A DNA stretch of 63,023 nucleotides, filler included, from Reclinomonas americana ATCC 50394 (lineage: Eukaryota), in NCBI GenBank assembly GCA_048213135.1. It is 25 parts of 25 records of this genome, joined end to end, with 100 filler letters (N's around TTAATTAATTAA, not from the genome) between each part and the next. Parts side by side here need not be neighbours in the genome. Positions count along the whole stretch, not along the records: positions 1 to 1,694 come from AFZH01020998.1; positions 1,795 to 4,990 come from AFZH01020999.1; positions 5,091 to 7,036 come from AFZH01021000.1; positions 7,137 to 8,764 come from AFZH01021001.1; positions 8,865 to 11,254 come from AFZH01021002.1; positions 11,355 to 13,385 come from AFZH01021003.1; positions 13,486 to 14,689 come from AFZH01021005.1; positions 14,790 to 16,062 come from AFZH01021006.1; 17 more parts are not named here. The stretch is one strand, 5' to 3'. Each line of letters opens with the position of its first letter. Within the stretch, counting starts at the first letter, position 1. The position numbers and the translations under genes were made by a program. The notes below the pieces were generated by a model, which worked only from the letters and a program-made list of their open reading frames with translations, was not told where the DNA came from and ran no database searches. Positions 1 through 22,047 of the stretch are shown here, piece by piece.

Positions 1-1582
1 CCTACACACACACACACACAGCCACTGGTCAGCAATCATAATCGGTCACACCACAACTGCATTGACGAAACATGTGCCGCCAGCGCACGCGCGGCCTCCG
101 TGTCGACGCCAGCCAACTCGTCGTCATCAAGTTCCTCGTCCTCGTTGATCTCGTCCAGCTGGTTGCCGCCATCCTCGTCGTCATCGTCGTCAATGACGAC
201 ATTGACGCCGAGCTTGTCGTTCAAGGTGTCGGCTGCACAGGTGAAGACGTGAGCCACTTGCACACACATACACACGCACACACAAGCACACACACACCAT
301 CCACGGCCATGCCATCCTCAGTCTTGAAATCGGTGATTTTGCGAGACAGGTTCGTCAGCTTTGCAAATGCCTCGTCACTGATGGAGCCGAGAAACTCCTG
401 GATCGACGTGCGCTTTTCCGGTTCCTGTGGGAGAGGGAGGGCGAATCAGTTGGATATTCTCTCGCACAGTCACAGCACGCCAGACACCACCACGCAACTC
501 GTTTCCGCTCGTCCTTGAGCACAGTGAGCATTTCGTCGACTGCATTTCGCAGCACGTCGCGTGGCTGGTCGCCAAGCTGCATGTGCACAAATCCCAGCAA
601 CATCTCGTAGACCTGCACACACCCCCAATTAGAAGTGCGACAAGAGTGCGCAAGCGAAGCGCGCGACGAGCATAAACATGCCTGGCGCGTTTCGCCGGTA
701 CGTGGTCGGTACGCCGAGCTGTCCAGCTCGTCCAGTGCCTCCAGCACATTGCCGGCCTGTCCCTTGCGACGCTTGCGCGCAGCCTGCGACATGGCAGCAT
801 CACTGTCGGCCACCTGGTCTGCTGAAGCCTCCAGCCGACGCTTTCTCTTCTCGAGACCCTCTGCCACCTCCTCCGGGCTGCAATAACACAACAAGTCAGA
901 AGCGCGCACGGTGGCTGACTTTGACAAGAAGCATGAAGAAGGAAACACACCGTTCCCGCAAACCAACTCGATCACCCATCTTGCCAATGACATTGCCACG
1001 AATGGTGATCGGCTCGCCCGAAGCCTGTCCATCGCCGCGTCGTGTCCGCGACTCCGACTCGAGTACAAGGTTCACATTCTGTGGACACGTGAACGCGTGT
1101 GTGCAAGTGTGAGTGTGCGCGCGCGCGAGTGTGCAGAGCAACAAAAACATGTTCCACCCCTCTTTCCCACGCTTGCCCACTTCCTCTCCCCTACTGCCAA
1201 CTCACTGCTGTGCACATCGCAGAAAGACGAATGACAAGAAAGAACCACCGTCGACGAGAAGGGTCCACATCACATGTGCCGCATGCGTGCACTTTGCATG
1301 TGACTGCATGTCGCTCGGCATGCAAATGACACCAAGACTCACATGCACACACGCGAATGCACCAGGCTGCGAAGAGAGCGAGCGAGGACAAGAGACAGAG
1401 ACAACACGGTGGCGCACGAGGCACAATGCCCGCCTGCACATGGCGCACACACGCACACACACAGAGAGACGCACGCGCACAAACAACTCTACAGTGCCAC
1501 TCCCGCCTGAACGCACCGACTTGTACTCGTAGCCACGGAACACCTCGTACTCCTGATTGCTGCCGCTCCCCCGGTGCGACAT
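1..1582 (-). CDS. SNRNP200: U5 snRNP 200 kDa helicase Brr2, 5' part (spliced; runs off the window start)
   Basis: Spliced translation MSHRG..GYEYKS|NVNLVLESE..GKMGDRV..YRPRTGETRQ|VYEMLLGFVHMQLGDQPRDVL..LGVNVVIDDDD matches the Brr2 N-terminus (YEYKANSNLVL, MGD, YxPKTxETR, LGDQPRD). Confidence 0.93.
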
Positions 1583-1694
1583 TGTGTTATCAATGCAGGA
1601 CAGACACCCTTCGTTCTTGTCGCTCAACGCTCCGTTTTTACTCGTCGCTACCTCGTCGCTGCACTTTGAGAGAAAAGTCTACGGCCGGGCATCC

Positions 1695-1794
1695 NNNNNN
1701 NNNNNNNNNNNNNNNNNNNNNNNNNNNNNNNNNNNNNNTTAATTAATTAANNNNNNNNNNNNNNNNNNNNNNNNNNNNNNNNNNNNNNNNNNNN
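1695..1794. other. Assembly spacer N44-TTAATTAATTAA-N44 (first of 24; the last is 61560-61659)
   Basis: Identical six-frame stop linker at every contig junction. Missing gene parts show that the true gaps are often much longer than 100 nt. Confidence 0.98.
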
Positions 1795-1843
1795 CCGGAA
1801 CTGTGCGCAGTGAGTGTGTGTGTGTGAGAGAGAGAGAGAGGAT

Positions 1844-1877
<34 letters not shown>

Positions 1878-1881
1878 TGCA

Positions 1882-2220
1882 CCTCGCGCGCCACCAATCA
1901 CATCGCCTTCGGTAGCCGCCCACTCGACAACACATTCGAGATACTCAAACACGGCTGTGAAGAACGGAACTCCTGTTTACAAATGTGAGCGAGAGAGGGA
2001 GCTGCGCGAGTGTGTACTCAGCCAGCAGCCGACACCAACCGGCCAGTGTGACATCGGGCGACTTGACAAAGAGCGTGGCGGAGGCCTCGGCAGTGCCAAC
2101 CACTGCACCACCGACATCGAAGGCCGGGATGTCCTCACGCAGGAACTCTTGCACAGTGCGATCGGCAAAGTCTGGCGGCAGAAGCGCTGCAAACTTGGAA
2201 ACGGAAGACGCCACGGCCAT
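1882..2220 (-). CDS. QPRT: Quinolinate phosphoribosyltransferase (NadC), first two exons; remainder in the gap
   Basis: MAV..VQEFLREDIPAFDVGGAVVG..ATLFVKSPDVTLA|GVPFFTAVFEYLECVVEW..EG matches the eukaryotic QPRT N-terminus. Confidence 0.9.
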
Positions 2221-2353
2221 CGCTTGCACACACAATGAATGACGGATCACAATCTCGTCCCGCTAGCGTCGACGTCGTCCTCACTCCAAACCTTCCCATC
2301 ATAATCAATCCTTCGTCGGTGACGGCACCCGCGGGTGTGATCTCCCCACAACC
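2221..2353. promoter_or_regulatory. Probable bidirectional promoter (QPRT / coiled-coil gene)
   Basis: Divergent ATGs 133 nt apart. Similarly, 103 nt separate the divergent MDH1B-N-like and Mic60 ATGs (26587-26689). Confidence 0.55.
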
Positions 2354-5179
2354 ATGTTCAAGAAAGCGTTGGCCGAGGCCTCACGTCGCGTCCAGCAAGA
2401 ACGCTCGACAGTCGATGACGACGAAAGTGGGCAGTTTGGCGCCGCCGACAACGGCGACGACGATCGTGGAAGTGATGGCGATCGCGATGGCGATGAAGAA
2501 AAAGAGGAAGGCGGAGGCGGAGTACGCGAGGTAGACGAGGATGAGATGTTCAACTGGTCGGAGAGTGCGGCGACGCCAGTGTCACGACGAGGGTCGGCGA
2601 GACGAGCGGCAACGCGCGCTGCGGTGCAGGAGGCTGATGAAGAGGAAGATGGGGAAGAGGAGGAGGTGGCGAGCGGTAGTCGCCGAGCCTTGTCGCAGCG
2701 TGTAGCGGATGCATTGGACGATGAGCGGGGGAGCGGCAGTGGGCGGCAGCGACGAGTGGTTGACGATGATTTCGCAGGTAGTGAACCACTCTCAGCTGAT
2801 GGTGAGTTGTGTTCTTGTCTGTCTCTGTGTGCGTGTGTGCTGAACTACTCCGTGCGATCGCGTGCAGCGCGGTACTGGAAAGGTCGTTACGAGGAAAAAC
2901 TCAGTGCGACCTCGGCAACGGGCGGAAAACGTGGTATGCGCGCCGCCGCCGATGCAGGGTCTCGCAAATCGTCCACGAGTGCTGCCTCCAGGCGACTCGG
3001 TGAGTGTGAATCTACCTTGTACCATCCATTAATGTTTGTCGGCGCTGTTCTCACCGACGCGATCACTTTCGAGCAGGTGAGGTCAAGGAGGAGACCGAGT
3101 CTGCGGTCGCCGCCGCCGAGCGCGGCGACATGCTGGCGATGCATCACGAAATCAAGAACCTCAAGCAGCAGCTGGACATGAAACGAGCGCAGGTGCGCAC
3201 AATGATGCGTCAGCACGATGCGCTGCTGGCCAAGGCTCGTGGTGAGCAGGGACAGGATCAATCATCGGACTTGGCTCGCAAGGTGCATTCATCTGGCGGT
3301 GTGCAAGCGAATGCTGCCCAGTGCTCATCTGTCGCTGCAGTGCAAGGAGATGCGTGAAGAAATGATCCTCAATCGTCGTGTACGAGCCGAGCTGGAGGAC
3401 CAGCTGCTCAAGACCGGGATGCCGCTGGAGACGGTAAGTGATGGTCGCTAGTAGTTGCTTGCACCAATCGCCTGCACGGGGATGATCACATGCGCGCGCG
3501 CGCGCAGCTGCGAGAAGTTGAACGAAAGGCAATTGTGGGTAACGGTGGTTCGCGCAAGAATCTCGACGAGCTGGAAACTAAGAAACAGGTGCCGCTCGCT
3601 CCTACAGGCCATGCATAACTGTCACCTGCTCAGTCCACTGTGATTGTAGGTGGATGCGCTGAAGAAGGAACTTGAGGCGATGAAGCGGCAAAAAACACGC
3701 GAACGGATAGTGTATGGTGTGTGTGTATATATATTTGAACTGGCATGATTTCTGCTCTGGCGCGTACTCACAAGTATGTGTGTGTCTCACGCAGTCACGC
3801 GAGAGGCTGGCATGTCGTCAACTGTCCTGTCACGATACGCAGAATCGTTTGCCGCTCGTGAATTGCTGGATAATCCAGAAGTGCAGGCGCTTCGACGTGT
3901 GGTGGAGGAACTTCGTGCGGAATTGTTTGCGGTCCGTGAGGCAGAAGCCACTGTGCGGCGCAAGTGAGTCTACCTCTCCCTTGTTTCTGTTGGTATGGGG
4001 TGCTGACGGACAGGGATACGTGACGTGCTGTGTAGTGCGATGCAAGAAGCCGCCGATCATAGCGTTCTCTGCAAGAAGCTACAGCAGCAAGCGGACGAGG
4101 CTGAGGAACACCGAGTGCAGGCCGTCGCCGAGCAGGCGCAATCGCGTGCCGAGGCAGAGAAACTAAGAGCGCAAGTTGAGGCGATGGAGCGAGAATTCAC
4201 TCAGGTGTGTAGGGCACTGGAGGCGTGTTCCGTCGAAGGTGGATGATGACGATAAAGCGCCCATGCATGTCGCAGCGCAACGGGGAGGAGTCGGCGCAGA
4301 CGGCCGCAGTACAAGCTCAAGTGACGAGGCTTGAGGGAGAACTTAGTACGGCGAGTGCCAAGTTGCGGCAACAGGAGTACGAGTTCCAGGTGGCACAGAG
4401 TCACGTGGTGGAGTTGCAAAAAGTTGGGTTGCAATGATCCACTGCCGCGCTACAGCATTTCGCGCTCACCCTCACGATTATGTTGCGCAGGAAATTGACG
4501 AACTCCAGTTTGCAGAGCGAGCCGCCCGTGAGTCCTACAAGAGCGCTTCACAAGAATGCCAGGTTTTGTTGTCGCGCGCTGCGACTATTGTTGTATTGTA
4601 TTTGCGATTTCTCACAGATGCCCTGTGCTGCACAGTTGTGGCAGAAGAAGCACGACAAGGTCGTCGCACAGTGCCAGTTGCTGCGAGAGCAGGCGCAGTA
4701 TTTGACAACTGAGCTAGATGTGCGCGACTTGTGTTTCCACTACTCCACCATCGCACGCGTTACTGAACTTCTCCCCCGTGCGTGATTGCGTGCAGAGCTT
4801 GAGAGCAAGAGTGCTGGAACTAGAATCGGCAGTCGACCAAGCTGATCCACCCACCAATGGCACTGTCACTCCCGTGACTACGGATCGAGCGCAGCAGCAC
4901 GGATCAAATCAAGAAGCGGCCACGGCACCAGTCGTGATACGTGATCACACACAATATCAGGCACAAGGAGCGCCTCAAACACAACAACAANNNNNNNNNN
5001 NNNNNNNNNNNNNNNNNNNNNNNNNNNNNNNNNNTTAATTAATTAANNNNNNNNNNNNNNNNNNNNNNNNNNNNNNNNNNNNNNNNNNNNAGCAACTCGC
5101 GCAACTCCGTGCGCTGCAGCCCACAAGAGCACCGACACGAGCAAGTACAACAGCAGCAACTACTCGGATGGTAAAATAG
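2354..5179 (+). CDS. Unknown protein with an acidic N-terminus and long coiled coil (about 11 introns)
   Basis: Exons join in phase across GT-AG introns and give a heptad-rich E/Q/K/R/L sequence. The likely stop at 5179 lies beyond a gap. Confidence 0.75.
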
Positions 5180-5233
5180 CATCAATATTCCTCAACGCGT
5201 ACATCATTTTGTTTCACGTGCAGAGTGAGTATG

Positions 5234-8200
5234 TCACTGCAAAACGAAGAGCTTGTTCAGCAGGTGAATGAGAAGCGACAAGTCTAACTGCACTTCCGCC
5301 AACTCCACCACCGTCTCGCCCTGCTGCTGTCGCTCAAGTAGGTAGCTGAAATCGAGCTGCAGAGAGAATAACCAGTGAACTGCACGCACACAGCACAGCA
5401 GCCGACGACAAAAACGACATACTTGCTTCTCCATCAGTGGCTTCTTCCGGTGCTGAAGCACAAGAGTAAATACACCGGGCTCCATCGAAGAAAAGCACAG
5501 TTGTGTTCGCTTGGCACTACGAGCATGTATGTCGTGAATAAAAAATGAAAGAAAAGTAATAACTCGTACCCCCCGCGCAGCAATCAGACGCAACACATCC
5601 GTCGGCAGCGTCACCGCGGTCACCACACCCTCCGCCTCCATCTTACTGAGTGCGTAGTTGAAGGGTCCAACTACGCGTACAGCGCCGGTATTGCGGCTTG
5701 ATGCATCCCTGCGAGACACGCACATCATCAGCCAGAAACAACACTCAGGGCAGACGGGTGGGCCACACACAGCCACACACACACACCTCGGATTGTACGC
5801 CTTCTTCCGAATGTTGGCGAGGTACTCTTCGAAAAAGTGGCGTTGCCCCTGCGCACGATAAAGCGTCGGCCACGGCATTTCAACAACAGGAGCATAAAAA
5901 CAACGCACCATCAAAAATGTGCTGTGTTCTCTCAACTCGGCCAACACTGATTGCAGCATACGCATGCGCGCTGTCAATGCTTGCATAATCTGAACACGAG
6001 CCTCAATGGTCTGCGAGTTGGAAAATCGGCCAGTAAGACGACGAGGCAGAGAGGGTTGGGTAATCGATAAACAGGGAGATAGGAGACGGCGACGAACCGA
6101 CTGGACGTGGCATAGTATGCACTGGTCGACTGGCACTCGAGCCTCGCCACACACCACCGGTGGTACCATGTCGTCGGTCAGCGCAAGAATGCTCTCGCTC
6201 AGCTGTACAACGGTGCAAGTATGTCAGGAGGCCCACAGAGAGAGGGCGAGAGTGCGAGCGACGTGTGGACATGTTTGCGTACCCGCTTGATCTTGTCAGC
6301 GAGCAAGTAGTCCTCTGTTTGAATTGCATTGAGCTTACCCGTCTGCACACAATCATACAGATCAAGGAGGAGACAAGTCAGCGATATATGTGCAGGTGTC
6401 AGACCGCAACGAATGCATCCCACCTGCAATACAGTGAGCAGGGACAAGCCGCCGATTTGAGCCGGGACCTCGGGAAGCTGCCGCAAGACGCTAACAACGC
6501 CGGAGCACACGGTTTCAAAGGCGCTCAGTGGCTGATGTTGTGGGACGGACTCGGTTTCTGAGAAGACATTGCATGCATGTGTGGGTGCTACCAAAAAATA
6601 ACGACAAGCACGAACACGGGGGGCAACCGCGCGGGGTACCTGGTGCAGGCGATGATTCAAACGGCGGCACCAATCGAAGGTTGAAGAAATTGTTCTCCTC
6701 CGGTGGTACGTCCAGCGGTGGATCGCCTTGTGCACGCAGCTGTGTAACCAGCGCGCTCAGCTCATCGGTTGGGTCCGGAGCCTGTGAGCGCAGAGACAGA
6801 GAGAGTGTGTGTGAGGAGGAAAGGCTCATGCTTTCGCCGCCGTGTACAATGGTGTGCCAGCGTAACTATTGAGCCAATGTGCTCCAGCAGCAGTCGGTGG
6901 ATCATAAACACTTCGTTCAGCGAGATGCTAATCACATTCGAGTCGCGCCGTGTGGACTCGAGATACCGGTCAACCTACGCCAGATTAAAGAACATACACG
7001 GTCGGCGAACCATCTACCAACACACACACACACACANNNNNNNNNNNNNNNNNNNNNNNNNNNNNNNNNNNNNNNNNNNNTTAATTAATTAANNNNNNNN
7101 NNNNNNNNNNNNNNNNNNNNNNNNNNNNNNNNNNNNAAAGAATGCCGTGACGCGAGTGCCGTTGCGTTCAAAAAACTCATTCAGCGGTGTCATGTACGCC
7201 TCCTTTCCGCCGTACATGACTCCGTTGCTCAGATTCTGCAAACGACAACGTTTAGCACGACGCAAAGCAGGCGGCCAATAGACACGCCAACAACAGCTGT
7301 CGTACCTGTACTAGCTTGCCGATGATAATAAAATTGCGCTGCATCACTTCTGTCACGCTCTCCGGTCGCAACAAATCTTTGGCTGCTCAATGGTACAGTA
7401 ATTCGTGTTAGTGGCGAAAGCCAGAATGAACAAAACATACAACAGTGGAGCAACACACAACTCTGTGGGCTACTGATGGCTGGCGTGATGAACCGCAGGA
7501 ATGCAAGACCACCAACAAGTCCCCACCGCTCTCGCTCGTCGATGTCAGGGTAGAAGGTCTGCAGCGCCAATGACAAACAGCTGTGAAGCGACGGCTCCTG
7601 TGGCGGCAAGTGTGCAAAGGACGCGTACCGCTCCGTACTCCAATATCTTCTTGCACAAGAAACGCAGGCCATACGGCACCTTCTGGACCGATGCAATAAT
7701 GCGATCCACAATCAACTGAGTGTGTTCCTGGATCAACCGGAATCCTGCAAGCAGGCACAACAACAACAAACAACGCGTGATGAGTGAACTGCCAGTCGCA
7801 ATCACCACTTGTCGAGTTACGCACGATCTTCCATGATGGCACGAACGGCGGGAATTTCAGCAGCTTCACCATCCTCCAACGACTCAGGACCCGGCAACGG
7901 TCTTCCCTCGCGCTGTGCGGCCTCTCGAAGACCGCGATACAGCTGTCTCCACAACGCACATGCATGTGCACAATTTAGGTCGGACAGCAGAGCACGCGTG
8001 TTTTTCAGAAGAGAAATCTGCGTGTAGCGCACCGTCGACGGGCGGATTTCCAAATCGAGTTCACCCTGCGCCACCAGCTCCTGCAGTGGCTGCGACAAGG
8101 TGTCTGTCAAGTACTCTCGGCACATTCGGCGGCTGCGCGCGCCACACGTGTGAGAGAGAGACATTGTTCGTCAACACAGAAGCGGGGGACGCTGCGGCGC

Positions 8201-8711
8201 ACTTGAAAAACACGTTGAGCATTTTGGTGAAAATAGTGTTGGTGCGCATGAAATCCGTGCGTCGGGGACACCGCTCAAACTCTTGCATCATCAGCATCTA
8301 CACCAACGGCGGCGAGCGGCAGCAGAGCAGCAGCATCAATATCAGACACGCATGCAGCGAAGACACGGCTCCACCCGACGCACCTCGAACATCGTAAGCA
8401 ACAGCCGCTCCTCCTTGCTGTCGTACTGATCACCAAAGAGCGTCAGTACCACCGTCTGCAACATTCGTTGGACGTCGCCTGCGCGCACACACGCCCGTGA
8501 GTGGAAGCACGACGAGACGCAAAAAAACCACGACTTTTTTTGGCACGCAACGACCCGACACAAACTGCACCAGACTGGCCATGTACTGCGGCGATCGCTG
8601 CAACACGAAAAAGATATTTTCGTACAGCCGGAATCGTTCCGCCACCTGCGAGGTCTGCGGCACAGCATCTTTGACGTCGCGCAGCGATTGCGACAACAAT
8701 CCCTTCAAATC
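5234..8711 (-). CDS. RasGAP with RasGAP_C domain (Gap1/Sar1, IQGAP-related family), 5'-partial
   Basis: LFGDQYDSKEERLLL, DFMRTNT (arginine finger), VPYGLRFLCK, VGGLAFLRFITPAISSPQ, YMTPLNEFF; C-terminal LDLSLLIHLLNKLF. Confidence 0.88.
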
Positions 8712-8918
8712 CTGCACATCGAAAGAACACACACACAGAGAGAGAGAGAGAGAGGGAGAAAAGCNNNNNNNNNNNNNNNNNNNNNNNNNNNNNNNNNNNN
8801 NNNNNNNNTTAATTAATTAANNNNNNNNNNNNNNNNNNNNNNNNNNNNNNNNNNNNNNNNNNNNGGTACTGGTGGTGGTCGCTGATTGGTTGCACGTATG
8901 ACCGTGTCATGCACGCAG

Positions 8919-9871
8919 GAAAGACAAGTTACTTGTTGCGACTCACAAAGAACAAGTTCGAAGAGAGCTACAAGCACACCATTGGCGGTGAGAGTGGCAG
9001 ATGTGTGTTTCTTCTTGCACGCTGCGTGTTGACAAACGAACCACTGCAGTCGACTATGCCAGTGTCAAGTATGACGTGCTTGGACTGGCGCTTGATGTCG
9101 AATTGTTTCGTTTGTTCACTGTGTGTGTGTGTGCATCTGCAGTGACTTACTCCTTGCACGCAGATGGGATACAGCCGGCAACGAACGGTACCGAGCGGTC
9201 AGTCGCAGCTACTTTTCCGGTTGCGATGGTGTCATCATTGCGTACGACGTGACGACACCTGCGTCATTCCGCAACGCACAAACATGGCACACCGAAGTCC
9301 TACAAATGACCGGCAGTCGCATGCCATTGTTCATGCTCCTCGGCCTCAAGAGCGATCTCCCAGTTGTGTGACTTCATGCGCCCCTGCTACTGCACGCTTA
9401 CCGCCACAGGTCGTCGTCGTTGCTGACTCTCTTTCGTGCGCGAGTGCAGGAAATCGTTACCGAAGCTGAGGAGGAGGCACTTGCGTCCGAGTTGCACATG
9501 ACGATGCATGGAAGGGCAAGCGCCAAGTATGGTTTGTTGCACGCACCTCTGCACCGACCGGCCAACGCTGCCAGTGAAACATGCCTCATTGTGTACGTGT
9601 ATGTGTTTTGGTAGAAACGCACGTGCGGTCCTTGTTTGACTCGTTTTCGCTCGCGCTTCTCGAACGCACGGCACGCGGGCCAACCGGTTCAACAAGTCCA
9701 GGTGCGCACTCTGTGCATTGCACTCGCGCGCTGGTAACGAATTAACAAGTGTGCTTGTTGAACGCAGAGGAGAAGCGAGTGCGGTTGCACGATCTGCAGG
9801 GCGGAAGTGGCAGCGGTGCGCGCTCAGGTGACGGCCACCAGGAGCAACCGCGAAATACGTGTCGCTGTTAA
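8919..9871 (+). CDS. Rab-family small GTPase (Rab34/36-like), 5'-partial
   Basis: GKTS..YKHTIG|VDY..L|WDTAGNERYRAVSRSYF..LLGLKSDL..RASAK; C-terminal CxC prenylation motif (TCRC*). Confidence 0.88.
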
Positions 9872-9907
9872 CTAGAATCACTACGGTGCATGCACGTATA
9901 CTACTGC

Positions 9908-19056
<9,149 letters not shown>

Positions 19057-19224
19057 CTCATCAAAAGTGTGCGTGAGTTTCATCTATCAAGGAACCACAC
19101 ACCCATCACATGATCTCGCACCCANNNNNNNNNNNNNNNNNNNNNNNNNNNNNNNNNNNNNNNNNNNNTTAATTAATTAANNNNNNNNNNNNNNNNNNNN
19201 NNNNNNNNNNNNNNNNNNNNNNNN

Positions 19225-20541
19225 AACTATCAGGGGTGAGTCTCCTATTCTATTCTGCATCTGGTCGGTTCGCTCTGCAGTCACCTGACACGATCGTGTG
19301 GCGTGGCGCAGCAAGTATCCGCACGAGGTGCCGCCCAACGTGTTCGCCTTGGCCGAGCTTGCCTATCGCAATCTGTGCTACCAGAAGGAGAACCAGTGTG
19401 TCATTATCTCGTTGCGTTTGTCAGGCCGTGTCTCAGGCGTTGAACGAGTTCAACTGACCAGACGGCGTCAGTGGTGAGAGTGGCGCAGGCAAGACAGAGA
19501 CCGCCAAAATCTTCACGAGCTACATTGCTCGCGTATCTGGTGACTCCGAGCGTGCACAACAAATCAAGGCCATGATGATGGAGTCGAATCCGGTGCGTTT
19601 TCGTTGTGTGTGCGCTCTCTCCCGCTCGTGAATATGTGCGACCTGACCGCACTGCGACTTTGCGGCCGTGCAGATGCTTGAGGCTTTCGGTAACGCCAAG
19701 ACGTTGCGCAACGACAACTCGTCTCGCTTCGGCAAGTTTTTCGAGATCCAGTTCAACACGATTGGACAGCCTGTGGGTGGAAAAATCACGAATTGTTGCG
19801 TACCTTGTGGCCAGTGCATTCTCCCGCTCTCTGCAGCTCACGACGCATCACCTAGATCTGCTGGAGAAATCGCGAGTCGTGAACCAGATTGCAGGCGAAC
19901 GCAACTTTCACATTTTCTACCAGCTGTGCGCTGGCTTGTCACGCGACGAGAAGGGTTTGTCGGCATGAGCGCTGCACTGTTGTTGTCCACGTGTGCACTT
20001 TCCTCATCCTTCTCTGCAGCCGCTTACCGACTCGGCACGGCTCGGGACTACTTCTACCTGACTCGCGGCCAGACCACAGAAATTGCTGGTGTCAACGACG
20101 CGGAGGATTTCCATGCTTGTGTGGTGCGTTGCAATTTGTTTTTCCCTGTATCTCGGGACGAAAAAACTGAGCCTCTTTGTGATGGCTGCGGCTATCGATC
20201 AGCATGGTATGGAAGTCATGGGTATCAACAGCGCGGAGCGGAATCAGCTGTTCTCGATTCTCGCTGCCATTCTGCACCTTGGCAATATCGAGTTTGTGCC
20301 ACACGACTCTGGTTCCACCATTCGCAATCCTGACGGTTCGCCAGTAATCCTGTACCCCCCGAGCGCAGACTGTGTGTGCGTGTGTTGATTTGTGGTTTGC
20401 CCGTGTCCCGCAGCGTTGCAAATGACGGCTCACCTGTTGGGAGTGGAAAGTGCAACACTGACCGACGCGCTGGTCACCCGTCGTGTACAAATTGGCGGCC
20501 GCCGTGGCTCCATCATTCGCTCGCCTCTCAACCCCGACCAG
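19225..20541 (+). CDS. Myosin motor domain fragment, class I-like
   Basis: [75 protein letters not shown]. Confidence 0.93.
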
Positions 20542-20656
20542 GTACATTCAGCTGTTNNNNNNNNNNNNNNNNNNNNNNNNNNNNNNNNNNNNNNNNNNNN
20601 TTAATTAATTAANNNNNNNNNNNNNNNNNNNNNNNNNNNNNNNNNNNNNNNNNNNN

Positions 20657-22010
20657 GACGACGGAGGGTACGACTCGGATGTCACCGACGACGATGCCGG
20701 TGATTCCCCGCGTAACGATCACGTGATCTTTCGTGCTGCCGATGGAAGCATTTACTTGGGTGAGATCTCTGTGTGTGCGTAAGTGCGAGAGAGCGCGCGG
20801 CAGGGAGAATGCTGATGTGGTGTGTGTGTGTGTGTGTGTGTATGCGCGCGCACGCGCACAGGGCACGATCCTCGTTGGCCCCTGTCCAATCCGCCACCAC
20901 TGAGTAGTGTGGCAGAGTACGGTCGACTGCCGGTGTACTCGCAGTTTGACTTGCTGCGCTTGGCGCCACACCTGCCTGGTGGTGCAGGCGGTGGTGCAGC
21001 CGGGCATCCACACGACCTGGCTGGTTTGTCATCTGCTCACGTCTTCCGTGTTCCAATCTTTTTTTTCATGTCGACTTTAGACGCACAACTTGAGGCACGG
21101 CTAGCAGAGTTGGCCACTCTCACGCGCGCAGACTACGAGATTATGGTGTTTATGCGGCGGCGCCGCTCATTCTTGTTTCTGCTGGCGCTTGATGCCTTTT
21201 ATTTTCTTTTGCTGCTGCTCGGTTACGTTGGCGACGCACTGTTTCCCTTCGCCTCCCCGCCGCGCTCTTCTCATGCAGAGATGAACTTGTGTAGTGTCAT
21301 TCACCTCCAAAGTGGAGACTGATCACGACACGCTTTCGCTGTCAAGCCGCGTTGCGAACGTGCTCATCGATACATTCGGAGTCTTTGTTGTGTTGAAGAG
21401 TTGCGGGGACTCGACGCAGAGATCGTGCAACCCACCACCTCATCAATGGTGTGCTCCGCAGACAACATCAGCGGTCTCTCGGCGTTTGTGGTTCTCGAGA
21501 CTCTGAGTCTGGCCTTCATGACGTTTCGTGACACACTTTTTGTGCTTCTCCGCTGTGTGCGTCGACGCTGACGTACGTTGGTGTAGATTTTCGGAGCTGA
21601 CACCATTGATTCTGGTCCGCCTTGTAATTCTGCTGCTGGCCCTGCAACTCAAGTCCAACCTGAAGGGAATTTATGATGTTGCGATTGGCACGATAATCTT
21701 TGCACTGCGTACTCTATAGTTGCCGTGCACGCTGATCCCGTCGTCGTCGTGTATACAGTTACTCCATTCGGTGGCGCTCATCAGTGCGAGCGATGACATG
21801 AATGCTGCTGATCGCGACGATGGTCTGGCGTCGGAGTCGAGTGACAGCGAGTCGAGCGGATCCGATGTGGAGAATCCTCGCCCTGAACACCCCCCCGCTC
21901 GTAGCGACCGCGCACTACTTCGTGCGCCCTCAGAGCCTGCCGAAGTTGTATCTGGTAACGCCAGGGCGCCGCTGCCGTTGCCCATCATGTCGGACGCTGT
22001 AAGAGTGTAG
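20657..22010 (+). CDS. Unknown multi-pass (about 4 TM) membrane protein, 5'-partial
   Basis: Seven exons join in phase. Hydrophobic segments include FLFLLALDAFYFLLLLL, VLIDTFGVFVVL, LSAFVVLETLSLAF and LILVRLVILLLAL. Acidic tail; TAG at 22010. Confidence 0.7.
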
Positions 22011-22047
22011 CAGACACTGAATGTGCATTTCGTTTTTGAGTGTGGAA

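Noticed and set aside
1739..1750. Recurrent TTAATTAATTAA palindrome flanked by Ns, resembling a repeat array or target site
   Set aside because: Artificial six-frame stop linker placed between contigs.
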